Source: Chiloscyllium plagiosum (taxonomy: Eukaryota). From it: 62,927 bases of DNA. Location: NCBI RefSeq assembly GCF_004010195.1, contig NC_057719.1, positions 34,310,158 to 34,373,084 of the forward strand. The letters are read 5' to 3'. Made by a program: the position numbers and the translations under genes. The notes below the pieces were generated by a model. The model saw nothing but the letters and a program-made list of their open reading frames with translations, did no database searches and was not told the origin of the DNA. This document shows, one piece after another, positions 11,981-26,289 of the stretch (position 1 is its first letter; every line of letters begins with the position of its first letter).

Positions 11981-14784
11981 ATCTTTGGTGGTAAAGCAAT
12001 CAACACAAAGTAATAGTTATTGATATCAGTGGAATGACTTTGGAAACCTACATAGAGTAGTTGATTCAGCTAAGCTAAGAAACTAAAACACTGCAGACTT
12101 CCCTGAAATGGAGACAGGAAACATTTTTTTTCACAAAGCTGGCAATGGGAGCATTAAAGAATCTGTTTGACAGAAAATCAGTTGTGCTCAGCAGAAAAAG
12201 TGACTCTTGGGGAAGCCAATCGCCTTCCAAACAATAATCTGAAAACCACTTTATCAGGACAGAAAGAGGATCTTGCACAGTAATCATTTCACTTGTACAT
12301 TTCAGTGGACAACAGATAATTGGCAAATGTCTTTTAAAACTTGTCTTTGACTTATTGCAGTTTCCAGATAACTCCAAAGTTAGCTGCAAATTTATTTCAA
12401 AATGGAATGTTAAGAGAGTTGCTCAGAGGGGCTGCCACACGCGAATTAAGTTTGACAAGGTATGGATTATAATATCAGCATGATATCCACACCAGGGTTA
12501 AAATGACAAAAGTCATTGACCTGAAACATTAGACAGGATGTTTCCTCTGGGAGTGGGAAACCGAAACCAGGACAGTTTCCAGTCTTTGAACTCATCCCCA
12601 AGTGGAAACACTCACTGTGATTTCCAAGGGGGTGTTCTTTGTTTAATGTGGAGACAGGTTCACTGCCCAAGTAAAGATGGTATACGTGCTCTTGAAGTTG
12701 AAGGAGTAATTAGAGGCCTTCGAGGTGGTGTGGAACAACAGGTTGCAATGTAAGTGAGAGATATTTCAAGATGGAGTTGCCCTGTCTTTCATAATTCTTC
12801 AATCTTAAACCAAGATGTGCTTTTGCAGCATGACCCTAACTATGGTACACTTGGGAAGAGAAAGCACTTCATCCTGGAAGCTGTGGTGGTTCTTGTACTC
12901 AGACTGACAAGAAGGGTCTAGTGAAAGTAAAGTACTGAGGATGCTAAAGTCCTGGAATAAAAGAAGAAAATACTAGATAAACTCAGCAGGTCTGGTAGCA
13001 GCTGTGGAGAGAGAATTAGACATTTCAAGTCCGATATTGTTATTTTTTCGAGCGAAATTTCAGGGATCTCTTGAACGAGCTCATTCACATACCACAGTAA
13101 ATGTTGGCTCGTAATTGTGCAACTGCCTGGAGGTGGGAGCGAACTGGAGAGCCAACACCCTCATCAGCAAGAGCCATTTCTTATCTCCCACTCGTCTTCA
13201 ATTCCAACCCCAATGGGGGTAGGAAATCCAGCCTCTACATTCTGTTCCTCTCTTCACTGATGCTCCCCAAAACTGATGAGTGTTTCGACCAGTTTAGTTT
13301 TCTTCTTTTTTACAGTTATTCAGTTTTTCATTAAACCTGTTGGGAATTTTATAAACTTTGAAGGAAAGCTTTATTGATTGTTTTGAGAATGTGAACATTC
13401 CCAGCTGCACCTTTTTAAACACTACAACTTAGTCATAAGAAGGGAGTTCTGTTCATGTGTCAGAACATAATGTACAGAGGGATCATCAGGATGTCAGAGC
13501 TTGATTTGGAGTGGGAGAAAGTCAAAGGAATTGTATTGTTTTTAAGTTTACTTCACCCAACTTCTCTTCCACTCCACACTTCAGCACCAAATTTGTTTCA
13601 TGCATCTTCCATAGCTTCTTCTGTCCCTCCAGCTCCCTGTCTGTACCTTTTCATCTTGGCTATTTCCCTAGGGCCCCCATCTCCACTCCCTTAATTCTAA
13701 GGAAGGCTTACTTGAAAGGACATGATGACAATTGTTTTAACCGTTGACCTCCATCTGGCTGAACCGCTTAAAACAATAATTGGTCTTGCTCTTATCTGCT
13801 GAAAATATCCCCATTTGTGGATCTTTTTCAACATAAGCCATTGGCTTTCTTTCTCTACTGTAATCTCCTTAAGCCCTCTCCCTGTCACCTCCAAACTTCC
13901 TTAACACTGAAGTTGAGAATCAGTTCATGAACATTCCTTCATTCCTGAAATAATTCAATCTCAAAATCCCACTAAACAACAAATGAACTCCCTGCTGTAA
14001 GTAAGAAACTTTCTACTGCAATTCAAATAATGAGATTGATCAGAGTTTGGGGAGAAATTCATCAGTCAACGGTTAATGGATCTTACTGCAGGTAATTAAC
14101 AGACTCCTACAGTAAACTAAAAAACAAGCCAATTAAGCTTTGCCATCACAAGTAAGATGCTTGCTCATCAGTGGTATGTCCTGACAGTTGATGGATCATG
14201 GAAAAGTCCATTAGAGTGAAAGATGGAAGACAGTAATTATTGGTATTTGTAGAAACGTAAATTTAAGAGACCATACCCAGTCCACATTGTGATGAATCCT
14301 TTATCAGTGATACTCAAAGCTGAAGTAGCAAATGTTGAAGTAATTGTGTAAACGTAAAGGAGAATGCTACCTTTCAGAAGCATTGAAAATATCAATATTT
14401 TTTTGATATTGATCACAACACTAGAAACAAGATACATTTTTCTGCCCTATTCACACTGTAGAATAAACAATCATCTAAAGGCACTTCACACAGATATAAT
14501 CAGACTGCATCATTACCAAGCCAATGAGGAAGATAAGAGGAGCCTTGACCAATGCTTGGTCAGAGAAGGTATTTAAAAAAGGAAAGAAAGGGAATGAGAT
14601 AGATAGGTTGAGGGAGGGAGCAGTAATTGGAGCATGGTCTGGACAATTCAAGTCATCGTCTTTGGGGAAAAGGGTGAGGAAGATGCATGCAGCCCCAGTC
14701 TGAAAATATCAGAATTTGCTTTCTACCTAAACGATAAACAGTTTTAAGATATCAACAAAATAGCAACTGCTGCAACTTAAGGGA

Positions 14785-14930
14785 TCATAGCAGGAGAGTC
14801 AAGGATATTTCGGGCATAAGCCCTTCATCCTGATGAATTCCTGTTGGGGGGCTTGTGTCTGGGGCATTGATTCGTCTGCTCCTTGGACGCTGCCTGGCCT
14901 GCTGTGCTTTTCTAGCACCACACTTTTGGA
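14785..14930. mobile_element. Degenerate Penelope-like fold-back fragment
   Basis: tttcgggcataagcccttcatc...ctgctccttggacgctgcctggcctgctgtgcttttctagcaccac matches the other PLE copies. Confidence 0.7.
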
Positions 14931-14934
14931 CTAG

Positions 14935-15397
14935 CTGAAATACTGTGTGTAGTTCTGGTTGCCTCACGATAGGAAGGATGTGGTTGTGCTGGAGCGGATA
15001 TAGAGGAGCTTTACCAGGATGTGTATAAAATAGAGGTTCATAAAATCATGAGGGGCATGGATAAGGTAAATAGACAAGGTCTTTTCCTTGGGGTGGGGAG
15101 TCCAGAACTAGAGGGCGTAGGTTTAGGGTAAGAGGGGCAAGATATAAAAGAGATCTAAAGGCAACTTTTTCACGCAGAGGGTGGTGCGTGTGTGGAATGG
15201 GTTGCCAGAGGAAGTGGTGGAGGCTGGTACAATTGCAACATTTAAAAGGCATCTGGATGGGCACATGAATAGGACGAGTTTGGAGGGATATGGGCCGGGT
15301 GCTGGCAGGTGGGGCTAGATTGGGTTAGGATATCTGGTCAGCATGGATGAGTTGGACCAAAAGGTCTGTTTCCATGCTGTATGTCTCTATGACTCTA
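14935..15397 (+). mobile_element. CR1 LINE 3' end
   Basis: KIMRGMDKVNRQGLF...[21 protein letters not shown] plus tail ctgtttccatgctgtatgtctctatgactct. Confidence 0.88.
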
Positions 15398-16449
15398 TAT
15401 TGCATCAATATATCTGTTTGAATGGTACTCATGCAACCCAGGAAATTAGTTCATTACACATTGTGGGCAATCAAAATTGAACTTCCACATTCAAAACTAG
15501 AGATAAAATTAAAGCCCCAAAGATCTTGGTTATTGCACTTGAGTGTAAATGCTAAGCTGCACTGAAATGAACATAAAATATAGAAGCAGAATTAGACCAT
15601 TCCGTCCTACATGTATGATTCACCATTCAATAAGATAATGATCTGTTTGTGTTTTGAATTGCATATCTATCCGATAACCATTAATTCCATGACCTAACAC
15701 GAAACTAACTACCTCTTCCTTAGGGAGGAATCTTATTGAATGTTTAGTTGACATGGCTCGGGTGAGATTTGTAACAGAATCAGACGTATAGTAGTAGGCC
15801 GACCTTGACATCAGAATTATCTCATTTCATTTTTATGGTATTGACAAGTGGTGTGGCAAGCTCCCTGCCAGGCAGCACCAAGTTACCAAGATAGGGGCGG
15901 AGTAGCTTTTTAAATGTGTTGCTATGGCCTAACTTACCTCGTTAATATTCAGTTTTCTATCTTACCAAGTGCAATAAACAAACTAGACTTTGCTAAAACT
16001 CGACGTGGAGATCAAAGAGGGTACCTGTTGAATTAAGCTTGCTGCTGAGTTTGACAGACATCCATGTTGTGTACAACCAAACAGAGCATCTCAGGTACCA
16101 GCAGTCATGTGCCCACATTTACTGTGTGACCATCCTTGGCTTTGTCATCTCATACGCCAGGGGCTCCATCTAGGATGCGCAGCATGCAGGCCCATGTGTA
16201 TCGGTTAGGTGGATACCTGAGAGGAGGGGGTACAAGGAAGGGTACCTGGATCATTTGGCTTTCACAGGCACATAGTGGTGGAGGCTGCAAGCCACTAGTC
16301 AATGAGTACTTTCCATCTTGCTGAAAATTAAAATTGCGCGATGATAAGAATGTTTGCAACCACACCCGAAGTCAGAGGGGTAAGTAACTCAGCTTATGAG
16401 GGAGGAGGATGCATGACCTAACAATGTGAAACAATGTTACGCACAGACC

Positions 16450-16650
16450 CATGCACTGTATAGGGCACAGCCCTATGGCATTTCTAATCATTGCCATCCC
16501 AATGCATTTTTCCCAGGTTCGTTATGCACATTTCCGCCCAATCGTCTGTAAGGAGGTCTCCTGTACTTGGCACCATCCTTTGACCAAGACCTCGAATTCC
16601 CTGCCAACGAAACGCGATGTCATCCTCCACTTCTCCTGCAGCTTGTGCGA
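16450..16650 (-). pseudogene. Possible decayed Myb/SANT-like ORF of a PIF/Harbinger transposon
   Basis: Minus frame MTSRFVGREFEVLVKG...GRKCA*RTWEK...NA...QC resembles the RF..E.E.LV...W..IA..VNA...QC pattern; disrupted. Confidence 0.3.
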
Positions 16651-18485
16651 ATGTCCCAAACTGAGCAGGACTGCTACAATGCCAGTGCTCGTAGGGGTGC
16701 AGAGCAGTCTTTTGAAGATGGCATGGACACAAGGAATGCTACTCTTTCAGCGGATGTCAAATGAGTGGCAGATTGTTATGGAAATGGTACGTGCAAAGAT
16801 AGATTTTGATTTGAACTCAAGAATTGCCGTAGAGGAAAGGTAGGTAATTACTAACACCAGTTTGGTAAGATATGGTGAGAAGAGCCATGATGGTGTGCAG
16901 TGTAAAGCCATCCAAAAAACCCAATGCCAGTTGAAATTAATCAAATAATGTAAGATTGAGATCCTAATAATATTTAGTGACCCCCACCTCCATTGCCTTC
17001 TAAGGCAGATAGCTCCAAAGTCTCACCAGCCTCTGAGAGAAGAAATTTCCCTTCATCTCCTCATAATGTTAAAACTCTGCCATTTAGATCTTATCACACA
17101 TCATTCTGGATCTTAAACACATCCATCAAATCACCCTCACTCTTTTAAACTCCAGTGGGAACAAGCCACGTCTGTCCAAACTATCCTCATCAGATAATGT
17201 GCTCATTCCAGATAAACCTCCTCTGAACTACCTCCAAAGCATTTACTTCTGTCCTTAAATATGGAAACCATTACTCATGGGGTTACTGGAACAGTGAAAG
17301 ATAAGTGATTGTGTATGGGTTTTTTGGAAATGGTCCCAGGAGCTCAGAGAGGTTCCACAGCCATTTGGAAAATGGAAAAGCCATTCCATTTTGGACAATA
17401 AATGCTGACCAGCCAGTGACACCAACTTCTTACAAGTGAACAAATGATAACTACTGGTCCCTGAGCATGACTGGAATGCAGCTATTACCACAACATTGTT
17501 GAGCTGCATCAGGATAACAGTGTCAACGCACAGCCAATAGAAAACATAAAGGGGGCAGAGAATAAAAGGATCCCACAGGAGAGCTGGAGAATTTCCAGAA
17601 GAAAAAGGAGACAGGTAAGAGAGAGGGACAGAGATAGGGACAGCGACAAGTGGCAGCCTTGATATTTACAGAGCTGAGCAAAGGAACATAAAGGAGAACC
17701 GTGTCACCTTAGAGTTGGACCAACTCAAAATAAACTTACATTTCAAAAATGGCGGAAAGGTATGATTGCAGTATCATGAGAAAGAAACTTAACAGGTGAT
17801 AAGTGCTATCTTTACAGAGGGGTGCAGTAATATGTGCAATCATTTCAATAAGCTGCACGTTGGGGTCTGTGGCAAAATGCACACGTCCAAACACTTCAAA
17901 CAATATGTCAGTTAAACATGTTTATCCAGGTATCTTGTAGTATCAAGGCCAACAAACAGGCACAAGTCAGATACCTGGTAAAACAGTTGCAAATTTTAGT
18001 AAACAAATATTTAAAATCAAGCAAGCCAGGTAGCATTTAATCACAGTATTGTCCAAGATCACCAGATATCCTTCCCATGAATACTTGATCTTGGGATAGG
18101 CTGGTGAAGCTCACAAAGTTCAATAGTATCTCTCTGTCTCTGCTTTCCTTGCAGAAGTGGATTTTGCACCACAGCCGAACTCTCTAGGTAGATTCTCCTT
18201 CTGTCCTGTGTGTAGTCCCTCTGTTGGTAGAGTTTCTGCTGCTTTTCCAAGGCCAAATCCAGAGTTATAAACCTTTCTGGCACATTTCCAGAAAGTTCTA
18301 TCGCACCCTCTAATTCGAGCGCAGTCCTTAATCATTGGAGATATTTTCAATGTTCTATTTGGACGGTAACATTCCTTCATCTTTTCATGGTGTAGGTCAG
18401 GTATCATTCTGTCGTGGAAAGGGTTCAAATGCAAATGTATCCTTTGTTTGAATTGATATCATGTAAACATTGGGCAAGGTTGTAT

Positions 18486-18823
18486 GGGCAGCACGGCGGC
18501 ACAGTGGTTAGCACTGCTGCCTCACAGCGCCAGAGACCCGGGGGTTCAATTCCCGCCTCAGACGATTGACTGTGTGGAGTTTGCACATTCTCCCCGTGTC
18601 TGCGTGGGTTTCCTCCGGGTGCTGTGATTTCCTCCCACAGTCCAAAAATGTGCGGGTTAGGTGAATTGGCCATGCTAAATTGCCCGTAGTGTTAGGTGAA
18701 GGGGTAAATGAAGGAGAATGGGTCTGGGTGGGTTGCGCTTCGACGGGTCAGTGTGGACTTGTTGGGCCAAAGGGCCTGTTTCCACACTGTAAGTAATCTA
18801 ATCTAATCTAATCTAATCTAATC
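18486..18823 (+). mobile_element. HE1-like tRNA-derived V-SINE
   Basis: A-box-like CGGCACAGTGG, B box GGTTCAATTCC, central tgtgtggagtttgcacattctccccgtgtctgcgtgggtttcctccggg, CR1-like tail and (TAATC)n. Confidence 0.92.
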
Positions 18824-19383
18824 ATTTGTGTCCATCAGCACTCGCTTGAGTTAGAAGGCCCTGTGTGTTCTGGCCAATTCAAGTCTGCAGCCTGTCTGGG
18901 TTCTGCAGAGATGTAGTTGACAGATTCTTAGCCAACTGCACTTACATCCCATCATTCAGTTCAGCTGGCCAATTCTTGGCCAAATGCTCTAAAAGCCATC
19001 TGGCTATAAAGTGTTTCTCACAATTAGTCAGATAATATTGCTTAAAATGATAGTGGTGATATATCATGTATTGTCATATATCTGAGTGGAACAATGGGCT
19101 TGGTTTAATGCCCCTCTACCATAAGGTTTGAATGTGGTTTTGATGGAAAATTCAAAATCTCATGAATGCTCTCCCCATTGCCCACCGCCCACATGTCTCA
19201 AATTTCACGAGGGGTGGGAATGGTGTTAAACAGTCCACTTGTCCTTGGAGCTATTGATGCTCTTAGTTAGCCAATTAATAACCATTCAAAGGCCTCATTC
19301 TTATTGTCACTAGTGTTTTACCTGCAGCATTGGGAAACCCATGCCATGTGGAATGCCAGACTGTGCAGGCGGGTTTCCAGCAA

Positions 19384-19541
19384 GATTAGAGTAGTGCTGG
19401 AAAAGTACAGCAGGTCAGGCAGCATCCGAGGAGCAGGAAAATCGATGTTTCGGGCTCCTGCTGCCTGACCTGCTGTGCATTTCCAGCACCACTCTAAGCT
19501 TGACTCTAATCTCCAGCATCTGCAGTCCTCACTTTCGCCTC
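19384..19541. mobile_element. Fold-back Penelope-like insertion
   Basis: 11-bp TSD gtttccagcaa (19373-19383 / 19542-19552); inverted arms gtgctggaaaagtacagcaggtcaggcagca / tgctgcctgacctgctgtgcatttccagcac. Confidence 0.85.
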
Positions 19542-20019
19542 GTTTCCAGCAAAGGTATTGGAGTCTCTTTTTGATAGTCCCCTGATCATGTTGTAGTCAA
19601 GAATACCCGATCTCTCTCCTGCCCTTCTCCTCTAGTCCAGGTCATTCCATCCCGACCCTGGCCTATTTAACATAGCCCCTCATTCCCATCACCAGGATCC
19701 ACTATCCTGAGCTTACATGATGGAACTAGAGAGTCGCTGGTGACCCAATGCTGCTCCCATGGGGGCAGCCACTGAAATCATGATTGGGCCTTTAGTCATG
19801 GAGAGGTGGGAAGTGGGAAATATGGTATCCCACACAACCTTGCCCAATGTTTATAATGACTTGAAACTTTGAGAACACAAAGGCTGTTTGTTGTAAATCC
19901 AGGTGCCAATTGTTAATTAAATGCTGCTGAAAGAACATTTTCAACTAGAAAAGGTCAAGAAGTTGTATTTTAAAGCTTTTGACATTTTAAGTTATGCAAA
20001 AGAGAGTGTCAGTTTTACT

Positions 20020-21600
20020 CAATAACAAAAATTGTGAAATGATACAAAAAAGAAATGAGAGGTATAAAATCAAGAGGTATAAAAATTAGAAGGGATGTCA
20101 GCTAAAAGCAAATGATTGAGAAATATGTTAGTAGAATGATAAAGTGGAATGTGGGTCCATTAAAACTGATGGAACGAATACCACAGTAGTTAATAAGGAA
20201 ATGGCAAACTTTTGCATGGGTATTTTGAAGCGAAAGGACAAAGTATCAATGGTGCATAGAAGCCTACAACTAAAACAAGCAGAGGATCCTAAAGGATTTG
20301 ATATGTCTTTTTTTAAATGGTAATAGAGAAAATGATGGGATTTAAGGTGAACAAATTGTTAGGACCTAGTGATTTCCACAATGCATGAATATTACTAGTG
20401 AGTAAATTGCATATATATATATATATATATACACATATATCAGTCATCATTTCACAAAGCTCTCTAAATTAAAGGACTATGCCCATGGATTGTAAAAATT
20501 TGAAGAATTGCAAATCACAGCCCATTATTTAAGAATAAAGAGACCATAAGTGCAGAGCTGTCAGCTGAACATCAATTGTGGAAAGGGACTAGAATGTATT
20601 AAAAAAGTTAGAGCAACTGAGCGCTTGTTAAAATATCCGTTGGTTAAAACCTGACTGCAAGACGATGTGAAGGACAGATTATGTATGACTAATCTAATTG
20701 AATTTTTTTGAGCAAGTCACTAACACAATGGTTCAAGACAGGTCTACTGCTGCACTCTATATGGATGCCTAGAAGGCACTTGATATAACTCCACATGAAA
20801 GATTATGAGCACCATGAAAGCTCATGAGATTGAAGGTAGCCTTGTGACATGGGTTGATAATTGTTTGAGAGAAGACAGAAAGGTTCAAAGGAGGCATCCA
20901 GATGTAGCAGATGGTGTACACCAGGGATCAGTGTTGAGATTTTACCATTTCAGCAGCCATATTAATATAAAGAAATAAACTATTGTGCATGCAGCTTTGT
21001 AGAAGGACTGTAGATTGTTTCGATGGTAGCATCAAGTTACAAGGGAACACAGACATCACACGACTGGACAAAACTGTGCTGAATTTGTTTTGAAAGAGAA
21101 GCGAGATCATTCAGTTTGCATCCAAGAAAAGCAAATAGGAATATTTTATTAATGAGGCAAGTCAAGGAAATGTAGAGGAGTAAAAAGGTTTAAATATCCG
21201 AACATAAAATTCACTGAAGTCTGCAGAAAAGGGACTAAAGGTATTGGAATTCAAAAATAAGTTTTCAGTTTCCTAGATTATTGACCATACCCCCACCAGA
21301 ACATTATATTGCATATATGTTTGGGCATCAAATCTCAGAAAACTATATACTCACTTTGAGAACATGGCATTTTAGCAAGAATTATGTCATGATTTAGCAG
21401 GTTAACTTATGAGACGAAATTAATTAAATTTGACTTGCATTCCATTGAGCCTATTCAGAGGGTTGAAGATCTTTAAAACAATGAATTATTTGATAGAGTA
21501 GATACATAGAAATATTTCATCCAAGAAGGACTCCAGAACAAAAGGATTTAATCTTGAAATTAGAGGAATTATTTAGGAGTGAAATTAGTGAAGTGGTAAA
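20020..21600 (+). mobile_element. Highly decayed CR1 ORF2 with (TA)n at about 20411-20439
   Basis: Remnant motifs CMTNLIEFFEQVT, YMDA*KALD and GVHQGSVL. Confidence 0.65.
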
Positions 21601-22994
21601 TGTAATCATGTAGGCACCCTAAAGGTTGTGAAGAAGAATTCCTTATTCCACTCTGATATATATACAAATATTAAGAGAAATTAAAGTTCATGCAATTTGT
21701 TCACATTTTGCTTTGTTTTTTCCACATTTCCATAGTTCATGTTGTCAGGCCTCTGTAAGATTCCACCCAAAGTAAAAGCCTAAAATCAATGAATTTCTAT
21801 GAAATGCTTTGGGGTGCGGTATCATATAACAGCATTATATAAATACAAGTTGATAATGTGAAGATCTATGACATTAAACTCAATTTTAACACAGGTAAGC
21901 AACTGGGTTTGAAACATATCGGTTGGTTAGGAAGCTGGCTTCCGCCCATTAATTCTATATCTAACTCGAGTAAATTCAGCTGCTTAGGCACCATTTTGAG
22001 ATACAATAATCATTTTCAAGCCATAAATTGCTTAATAACAGCAATATTAATATGGTTTGTGCAAATTAAATCTGGGTTCACAACCGACCAGAGCTTTCTG
22101 GCAGTGACAAGTGGAAGTAATGAGAGAACATCAGAACAATTAAGGTCATGACATCTGTTTCCTTGCCTTCTTTGGTAAAAGACTCTGTTCACATTACTCA
22201 TGCTAAATGTTTATGTTTATCACTTTAGAGGTTATCTATACTTTGAAGGTTTGTGCACTTTACCTACATTTTAGAGCTCTGATTTATCACATCAGTGTTA
22301 GTGCCATTTATGCTGTTCTGTTTTGGACTCCAGAGGAGAGCCAATGCAACCCATATCCTCAGGAGCACCAGTCTACTGCTCACGAGCAGCTTCTGTACAT
22401 TGAAGATGTCTGAGTTACAGCATTTGTGTCCAGCTGAGCAGAGCTTGGAATACTCTCTGACACCAGCTCTGCCCTTGCTCTCTTTTCATCTGAGTCATTA
22501 AGTGTGAGTATTTGAATTGGTGTTTAAAGTTTTGTGTCACGGACTAAATTTAAACACTATTATTTATGATCAAAGTATCTCGACGTGTGAGATGCCAATG
22601 TGTTTTTTTTTATCCTCAGAGTTGGTGTCCCAGTTTAAATGATTTTCAGCAGTGAGCTTTCTGAATTTAAAAGTAAAGAGGATTATTTATTATCACACAC
22701 GTATCTGGAGATTTTAGTGCAATGTTTCGTACAAATACCTCACACACACAAAGATTAGAAACAAATAGAAAAACCAAACTAGTTGAAATTATTTTCCATC
22801 TCTTTCACAGCAGAGCTGTAGTTTCGTAGCTGAGCAGATGTTTTAGCTGGAGTGGCGGAGTCCTTATAACAGCAGAGGAAGCTATGAGTTTTCCAACAGT
22901 TCAATTCCCAAGAGGTTGGATTCAGGTGAACTTGAAGTTGGAACAAGTTGTGGAAGATTCTCTCTCTCACTTTCAAGTGATAGCAGTTTGACCA

Positions 22995-23451
22995 CCACCC
23001 CCACCCCCCTTTCATTTATCTCTCCACTCTGCAGGCTTCCTGCCTCTATTCTTGATGAAGGGCTTTTGCCCGAAACGTCGATTTTCCTGTTCCTTGAATG
23101 CTGCCTGACCTGCTGTGCTTTTCCAGCACCACTCTAATCCAGACTCTGGTTTCCAGCATCTGCAGTCCTCGTTTTTACCTAGTTGATTTTAACCTTACTG
23201 CGAATCCTCTTGCAAGGATGCCTACCCTGAAGAAGTTCTCCTCCTCTCTCTACAAGAATCTCAGTGAGTCTCTCTCTCACTGCAACCCCCAGGTCATCTC
23301 CTCTGCCCTGAAGCTCCTCAACCATGTGCTGAAACAGACTCGCTACCACAGCCACATTTGCTTCCTCAGTGCCCGCCTCCGTAACCAACTGATCTCACAC
23401 GGACTCTGGACTACTGTTAAACCTGCAGAGTTTGGAACCGAACAGGACAAA
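22995..23451 (+). mobile_element. Penelope-like element: pseudo-LTR with hammerhead motif plus ORF N-terminus
   Basis: 11-bp TSD cagtttgacca (22984-22994 / 23452-23462); motif attcTTGATGAagggcttttgcccGAAAcgtc at 23048-23079; ORF from ATG 23218 MPTLKKF...HSHICFLSARLRNQLISHGL fits the PLE H..FL..C...LIP.GL N-terminal pattern. Confidence 0.85.
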
Positions 23452-25268
23452 CAGTTTGACCATTGCTGAGTAGTTACCTTGCAGCTGGTTCAATGGCTTT
23501 TCAGATGATGCTTCAGTGGGTATCTTTCATGGTTTTTCCCTGATCCCAACAGCTTCTGCTGTTACTTTTAAAAGCTAGTACAAATATGACTACCGTAATA
23601 ATATGACCAATTAATAATCCAAAGTCCTTTGATGGAAAACAGATTGGGTTGAGATTACACATCATGTGCTTTTCATACTTCTAGTATTTTGAGACAGTCA
23701 AGGTCTTTGTGTTGGAGATGAAGAACTATCTTAATACGAAGGAAAGTTGATGAGACTCATTTTATATTCTTTTCTTTACATTCTTTTTGCACCAACTGAG
23801 TTTCTCTGAACTGTTTCTAAGTCCAGACAAAATAACGCCAATGTGAAACATCACCATGGTTTAAAGTAGCATTTAAGTTAGTATATCACAAATATGATAA
23901 AAGGGACTTTACTTCTAGATTTTCTGTTTTAAAGCCTGTATGACTAGTACAAAATTGGCTAAGTTTTATCTTTCACATCAATGGGGCATACTGAGAAGTT
24001 CATTACTTATTGAGAGTCTCAATGGCATTGCAACTTTGAGCAAGCTTACTTAACACATTTCCATGCCTGTTGTCCATATTAAGGAGGAAGACAAAGCATC
24101 TGGTATAAGAAAGTCCTGCTTGCTTCCAGTTCCTCCTTAATAAACAAACTTGTGTGTTTTAAAAGTAGATATAGGAATATTCTTCATACTTTAATGAGGT
24201 ATTTTCTTAAGTTTCAGGTCTTTTGTGCAGCTGATGCTGCTAAAGTCACATGATTTGTTTCCAGCCATTTTAAAGCTGTTGTGACCTTTTTAAAAAAAAA
24301 GTATAGTTTCATGGCTATACTAGGCAATGCACCTGTGATGGTGCAGCCTCAGACGAAGACACCACCTCTGAGCAGTTAGTATCCTCATGGAACATGCCTG
24401 GTAGGGAACTTAAAGGCCCTATGGAAGATTAAAGGCGTGAATTAGAATTGTGAAGGTCAGAATGTTCTGAATGATGATTGGACGCATGGCTACATTTCAT
24501 TGAATGCTGATATCAAGTCAGCATGAATGATTGTTGTACTGCATCTGGCTGTCTGATATTTTATTCTGTCCTAAAGCAGCTAGATGATCCACCATGCCAA
24601 GAATCCACTGATTTCCAGCACTGTCTACCCTATAATTGACTGGAGGACCATCTCTGGTTCTCTGCCTCTTTGCTCTGTTCTACTGAAGGTACAGAAAGAG
24701 TGAGTGGGAATAATTGAATGACTGGATAGAAAGCCTTTTTTAAGGGTATCTATGAAGGCATTGTATAAGGATGTATCAGATTGTATAAGGAGTCCGTTTG
24801 AGAGGGTGAGTTAAGCACATATCACACAACATAGTTGAATATGCCTCTGTATTCATGTTCCTTCCTGGCTTAAGCCATTAAACATCTTTCGGCACTGAAT
24901 CCATGAGCTTGACATTACTTTCTGTTGCTGATGTTCATGGCCAATATCCAGAAAACCTTCCTTTGTTTCCCTTACAGGGAAACCTTCCTTCCATCAGGAC
25001 GGGAACATCCTGAAACACAATAAGAGGCAACCTTTGAACCAAAGGACTTAATTTTGCCAATCCTTTGTGTTGTGTCCCTGATTCTAAGTTCCATCAAACT
25101 GCAGATTAGGAATGTCCCTTTAAATATTGGATCCATATGTGGGTCATCATTGACAATGATTGATTGAGAAACACCAAAAACCATATGTTCATGTAATAGT
25201 TGGGTGAAAACTCAACTGACTGATATATTGCACTTCCTATTTAATTCCTTATCTATTACAAAGCAACC

Positions 25269-25495
25269 TGTAGTGATTGCAATAACGTCAGCCTCATAGA
25301 ATATGAATTCCCTGATTGGGGCTGTTAACCTGGTTCAATCAGGGAGCCCTGGCTGACAGATAAGCACAGGAGTGTCAGAGGTTCTGTTCACTCCAGGAGC
25401 CAGCTCTGAACTAGCTGGATCAGTGCCATGTACTACGCACATGTGTATAAAGGATGACTTGGTGACAGGACACCGGCCGTCATGGAGTTATTTCA
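25269..25495 (+). mobile_element. Short solo LTR (227 bp)
   Basis: TG...CA ends flanked by caacc/cagcc (5-bp TSD, one mismatch); internal inverted repeat ccctgattg...caatcaggg. Confidence 0.7.
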
Positions 25496-26289
25496 CAGCC
25501 CTAATCCTGTTCCCAGCACTTTGTAGAGTTTAAATATTGCCTGTTAATCATTTTTCTCTCAGATGATATTCCTGGCTTGCTGAGAATTTCTACTATTTTC
25601 TTGTCAGATTTCCAGCTTCCGTGTACTTTTTGTAATTTTGTTGTTATTGGAGATAAGTTAATTTATCCACTTCCCTCTCAATGCAGAGCACTGGACGCTC
25701 AGTGCAATAGTTTCTCAATGTTAGATAATTACCTCATCATTTCGCAGCTCTGTTACACACTGTCAGGCTGAAGCACTTGCATTGAGACTGTGATTTTATT
25801 CTTCTCAGGCTTTTTTTCAGGGGGGAAATATAAAAAGTGAGTAAATTGAATTCATTTAAAATCAATATGAGCCTGATGGAATCAGCAAGAGGTAGTGGGA
25901 AAGGAGTTACTAAAATAACTGCAGTGCTTTGAACAACTTGTAGCTATTGCTATCTATATTTGTCATCTCAATAAAGGAATCCAAAATAAACCAGTGAGAG
26001 AATGCCAACATGAAATGTCAGAATGATATAAAATATCGTTTATGTATGTAGATCAAAAATATGAAAAAATTAGGACTTCCATTAGACTAGCACTTTAGCA
26101 CTCGAAAATAATCCTACAAAGGCACATTGTGAAATTTTAATTCAATACAAATCTATGATATGAGGTTATAAGCTTTGATTAGGCCACTTTTAGAATACTG
26201 CATAATTTTGAGGAAGAATAAAGAGATGAATATTATTTAAATTGAGAAAGCTAAAAGCTACAGTGCAAACGGAAAAGGGGGGTGGGATA

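Noticed and set aside
12075..12900. Host exon(s); similar short ORFs at 18059-18434, 22207-22501 and 40277-40752
   Set aside because: No recognisable domain, stops in extended frames, no consistent splice chain; part of 12500-13330 looks like ancient PLE debris.
18486..18560. tRNA genes at SINE heads
   Set aside because: A/B boxes continue into SINE core and LINE-like tail; not standalone tRNAs.
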